This document shows, one piece after another, positions 62,297-64,000 of a stretch of DNA of 64,000 nt; within the stretch, counting starts at the first letter, position 1, and each line of letters opens with the position of its first letter. Made by a program: the position numbers and the translations under genes. The notes beneath the pieces were generated by a model that saw nothing but the letters and a program-made list of their open reading frames with translations, searched no databases and was not told the origin of the DNA. Origin of the DNA: Pseudomonadota bacterium (lineage in GTDB: Bacteria > Pseudomonadota > Gammaproteobacteria > Burkholderiales > SG8-39); NCBI GenBank assembly GCA_947455195.1, contig CANGMI010000005.1, positions 128,609 through 192,608 on the forward strand, in the 5' to 3' direction.

Positions 62297-63448
62297 TCAG
62301 AGCTTGTCGAATTCGACATTCACAAGCTTGCCATTGCGCCGTTCGACACGCCGGATGTAGATGGTCTGGTCGACGTTGCGGGTTTGCGCATTGATCGTGA
62401 TCGGCCCCCGGGGACTGTTCAGCTTGAGGCCCGAGATGGCCGCCATGAACTTGTCGGGGTTTGTATCGCCTCCGGTCTTCTTCAGGGCCTGGTAGATTGC
62501 ATCCATCGTGTCATAGCCCTGCACGGTCAGGAAGTCGACCTCGACATCGCCGTTGGCTTCGCGAAAGGCCTTCAGAAAGGCCGTGTTCTCGGCTGACTCG
62601 TGAACCGTCGAGTAGTGAAAGGTCGAGATCACGCCCAGCGCAGGATCACCCACGGCAGGCAGGCCGGCCTCGGCCACGATATCGCCGGTGGTGATGAGCT
62701 TGATACCGGCCCGCGAAAGCCCCAGATCTTCGAACGCCTTCATGAAGGCGATGGCCGAACGTCCGGCCGGCACGAAGGCGAAGACGGCGTCGGGCTTTTC
62801 GTTCTTCACGCGTTCCAGAAAGACCGCATAGTCGTAGCTGGTCAGCGGTGCCCTGAGATTGCCGGCTATCACGCCCCCGTTGCCGGTGAACCCCTTGGTG
62901 AAGGCTGCTTCGGCATCGAAGCCCGGTCCGTAATCGGCGACCACGGTGTATACCCGCCGCAGGCCATTGCGCGCGGCCCATTCGCCCATGGGTGCCGCCA
63001 TGCCTCCAACCGTGTAGGACAGTCGCGCCATGTAGGGCGAACGTTCCGTGATGCCCGAGGTTGCGGCCTGAATGAGCAGGGTGGGCTTCTTCGCTTCGGT
63101 TGCCACAGGAACCGTGGCCAGTGCGCCCGGTGTGGAGATGAAGCCGGTCAGAATATCGATCTTGTCACGCGCGATCAGTTCGAGCGCGAGGCGCTTGGTC
63201 ACGTCGGGAAATGGGCCGGTGTCATCGCGAAAGATGAGTTCGACCTTGCGCCCGGCGACCGTGTCGCCGTTGAGCTTCATGTACAGACGGATGCCGGCAT
63301 TCACACGCTCGCCCAGATCGGAAAACTGGCCGGTATTGGACGAGATGATGCCGACCCGAACCGGATCGGCAGCCTGCGCCGTGCCAACGGGCAGGCCTGC
63401 AACACTTGCGATGATGCCAGCGACGATCCCAGATGCTGTCCAGTTCAT
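62297..63448 (-). CDS. ABC transporter substrate-binding protein (LivK-like, branched-chain amino acid type)
   Basis: Signal peptide, then VRVGIISSNTGQFSDLGE...G..LY....G..+AGRKVELI.RDD, a Peripla_BP_6-type pattern. Confidence 0.85.
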   Translation of the reverse strand: MNWTASGIVAGIIASVAGLPVGTAQAADPVRVGIISSNTGQFSDLGERVNAGIRLYMKLNGDTVAGRKVELIFRDDTGPFPDVTKRLALELIARDKIDILTGFISTPGALATVPVATEAKKPTLLIQAATSGITERSPYMARLSYTVGGMAAPMGEWAARNGLRRVYTVVADYGPGFDAEAAFTKGFTGNGGVIAGNLRAPLTSYDYAVFLERVKNEKPDAVFAFVPAGRSAIAFMKAFEDLGLSRAGIKLITTGDIVAEAGLPAVGDPALGVISTFHYSTVHESAENTAFLKAFREANGDVEVDFLTVQGYDTMDAIYQALKKTGGDTNPDKFMAAISGLKLNSPRGPITINAQTRNVDQTIYIRRVERRNGKLVNVEFDKL

Positions 63449-63536
63449 GTTGTCTCCTCGGTGGTGTGCTTGATCACCGCTTGAATGCGGCGTTGCTGAC
63501 GGTGATGTTGAAAGTGTTCGGGTGAGGCGTGCCCAG

Positions 63537-64000
63537 TCAGAGAAAGACGGTCAGGTTCTTGGCCATCAGGACCGACTGGTCGATCACGATCTTGCGACGG
63601 GCGATGCGCAGTTGGTTGCCGATGCGACGCAGCAGGTCTTCGCGGCGCCCGACCAGTACGTCAGTCTCGGTCTCGAGCCTGTTGCGGTAGACAAAGAATC
63701 GGCTCTTCACGGCAACCGAGGCCCCCTCAGGCAGCGTGCTCACCGGCGCAGGCAGTCGTATGTTCGTGACCAGATGGGATACCCGGGAGAGCGGCTCCTC
63801 GGCCCAGTGGATGCCGGTCTGGATCTGCCGTACCCGCTTCCGGAGTGTTGCCAGATCATCGTGTATCCAGGCGGTGTCTTCTTCGGTCGTGGTGTCGCGC
63901 GCGCGATCTTCCCAGGGTACGTTCAGACGCATGGGCATCCAGTAGACGATGTCTTCGGCGAAGAGCTCGAGCCATGGGTCGTAGTCGCGCTCATCGAGCA
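63537..64000 (-). CDS. Aromatic-ring-hydroxylating dioxygenase beta subunit (partial, continues beyond the window)
   Basis: LDERDYDPWLELFAEDIVYWMP....... and the C-terminal ...R.I.LD..VL...NL..FL pattern match SnoaL-like RHD small subunits. The frame is open to the window edge. Confidence 0.75.
   Translation of the reverse strand, partial: LDERDYDPWLELFAEDIVYWMPMRLNVPWEDRARDTTTEEDTAWIHDDLATLRKRVRQIQTGIHWAEEPLSRVSHLVTNIRLPAPVSTLPEGASVAVKSRFFVYRNRLETETDVLVGRREDLLRRIGNQLRIARRKIVIDQSVLMAKNLTVFL

Overview
High-GC, densely coding chromosomal window. It looks Burkholderiales-like, inferred only from three Bug/TctC-type binding proteins, a tad/flp pilus locus and an HME-type RND pump; no database search was possible. 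Starts were refined by eye from the ORF track using RBS and signal-peptide logic.

Contents from left to right:
- A small stress cluster (DUF2934, Hsp20, BON protein).
- A sulfatase/Bug/BKACE/LLM catabolic block.
- tRNA-Ser(CGA), followed by a decayed genomic island: orphan P-loop ATPase, TacA/TacT-like toxin-antitoxin pair, and a wrecked terminase with no integrase.
- A czcCBA-like RND operon that continues into a P-II-like gene and an NhaR-like LysR gene.
- A mosaic scar zone: a GNAT relic, an AT-richer gene for a Tat-exported protein with beta-carbonic-anhydrase zinc-site motifs, and a NeuD/PglD-type acetyltransferase that appears split by about 4.4 kb carrying a TatT-type (TPAT) TRAP transporter.
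- A protease-MoxR-DUF58-VWA cluster with a divergent second VWA gene.
- chaA.
- A complete 12-gene tad/flp pilus locus whose two Flp pilins end in a C-x5-C motif.
- A GntR/LysR-controlled catabolic region: IorAB-like molybdoenzyme, CoA-transferase, HMG-CoA lyase, FAH, TRAP.
- A sulfotransferase / BisC-like reductase / methyltransferase trio.
- A YeeE-YedE/persulfide-dioxygenase-like sulfur cluster.
- The start of an aromatic dioxygenase region.

No CRISPR array, integrase, transposase or rRNA was seen. The candidates most worth follow-up are the Tat-exported beta-CA-like protein next to the metal pump, the protease-led MoxR/VWA cluster, the split acetyltransferase with its TPAT insertion, the orphan ATPase in the tRNA island, the P-II-like gene in the RND operon, and the Cys-terminated Flp pilins. 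All family calls are motif-level recognition from memory and need HMM/BLAST confirmation.
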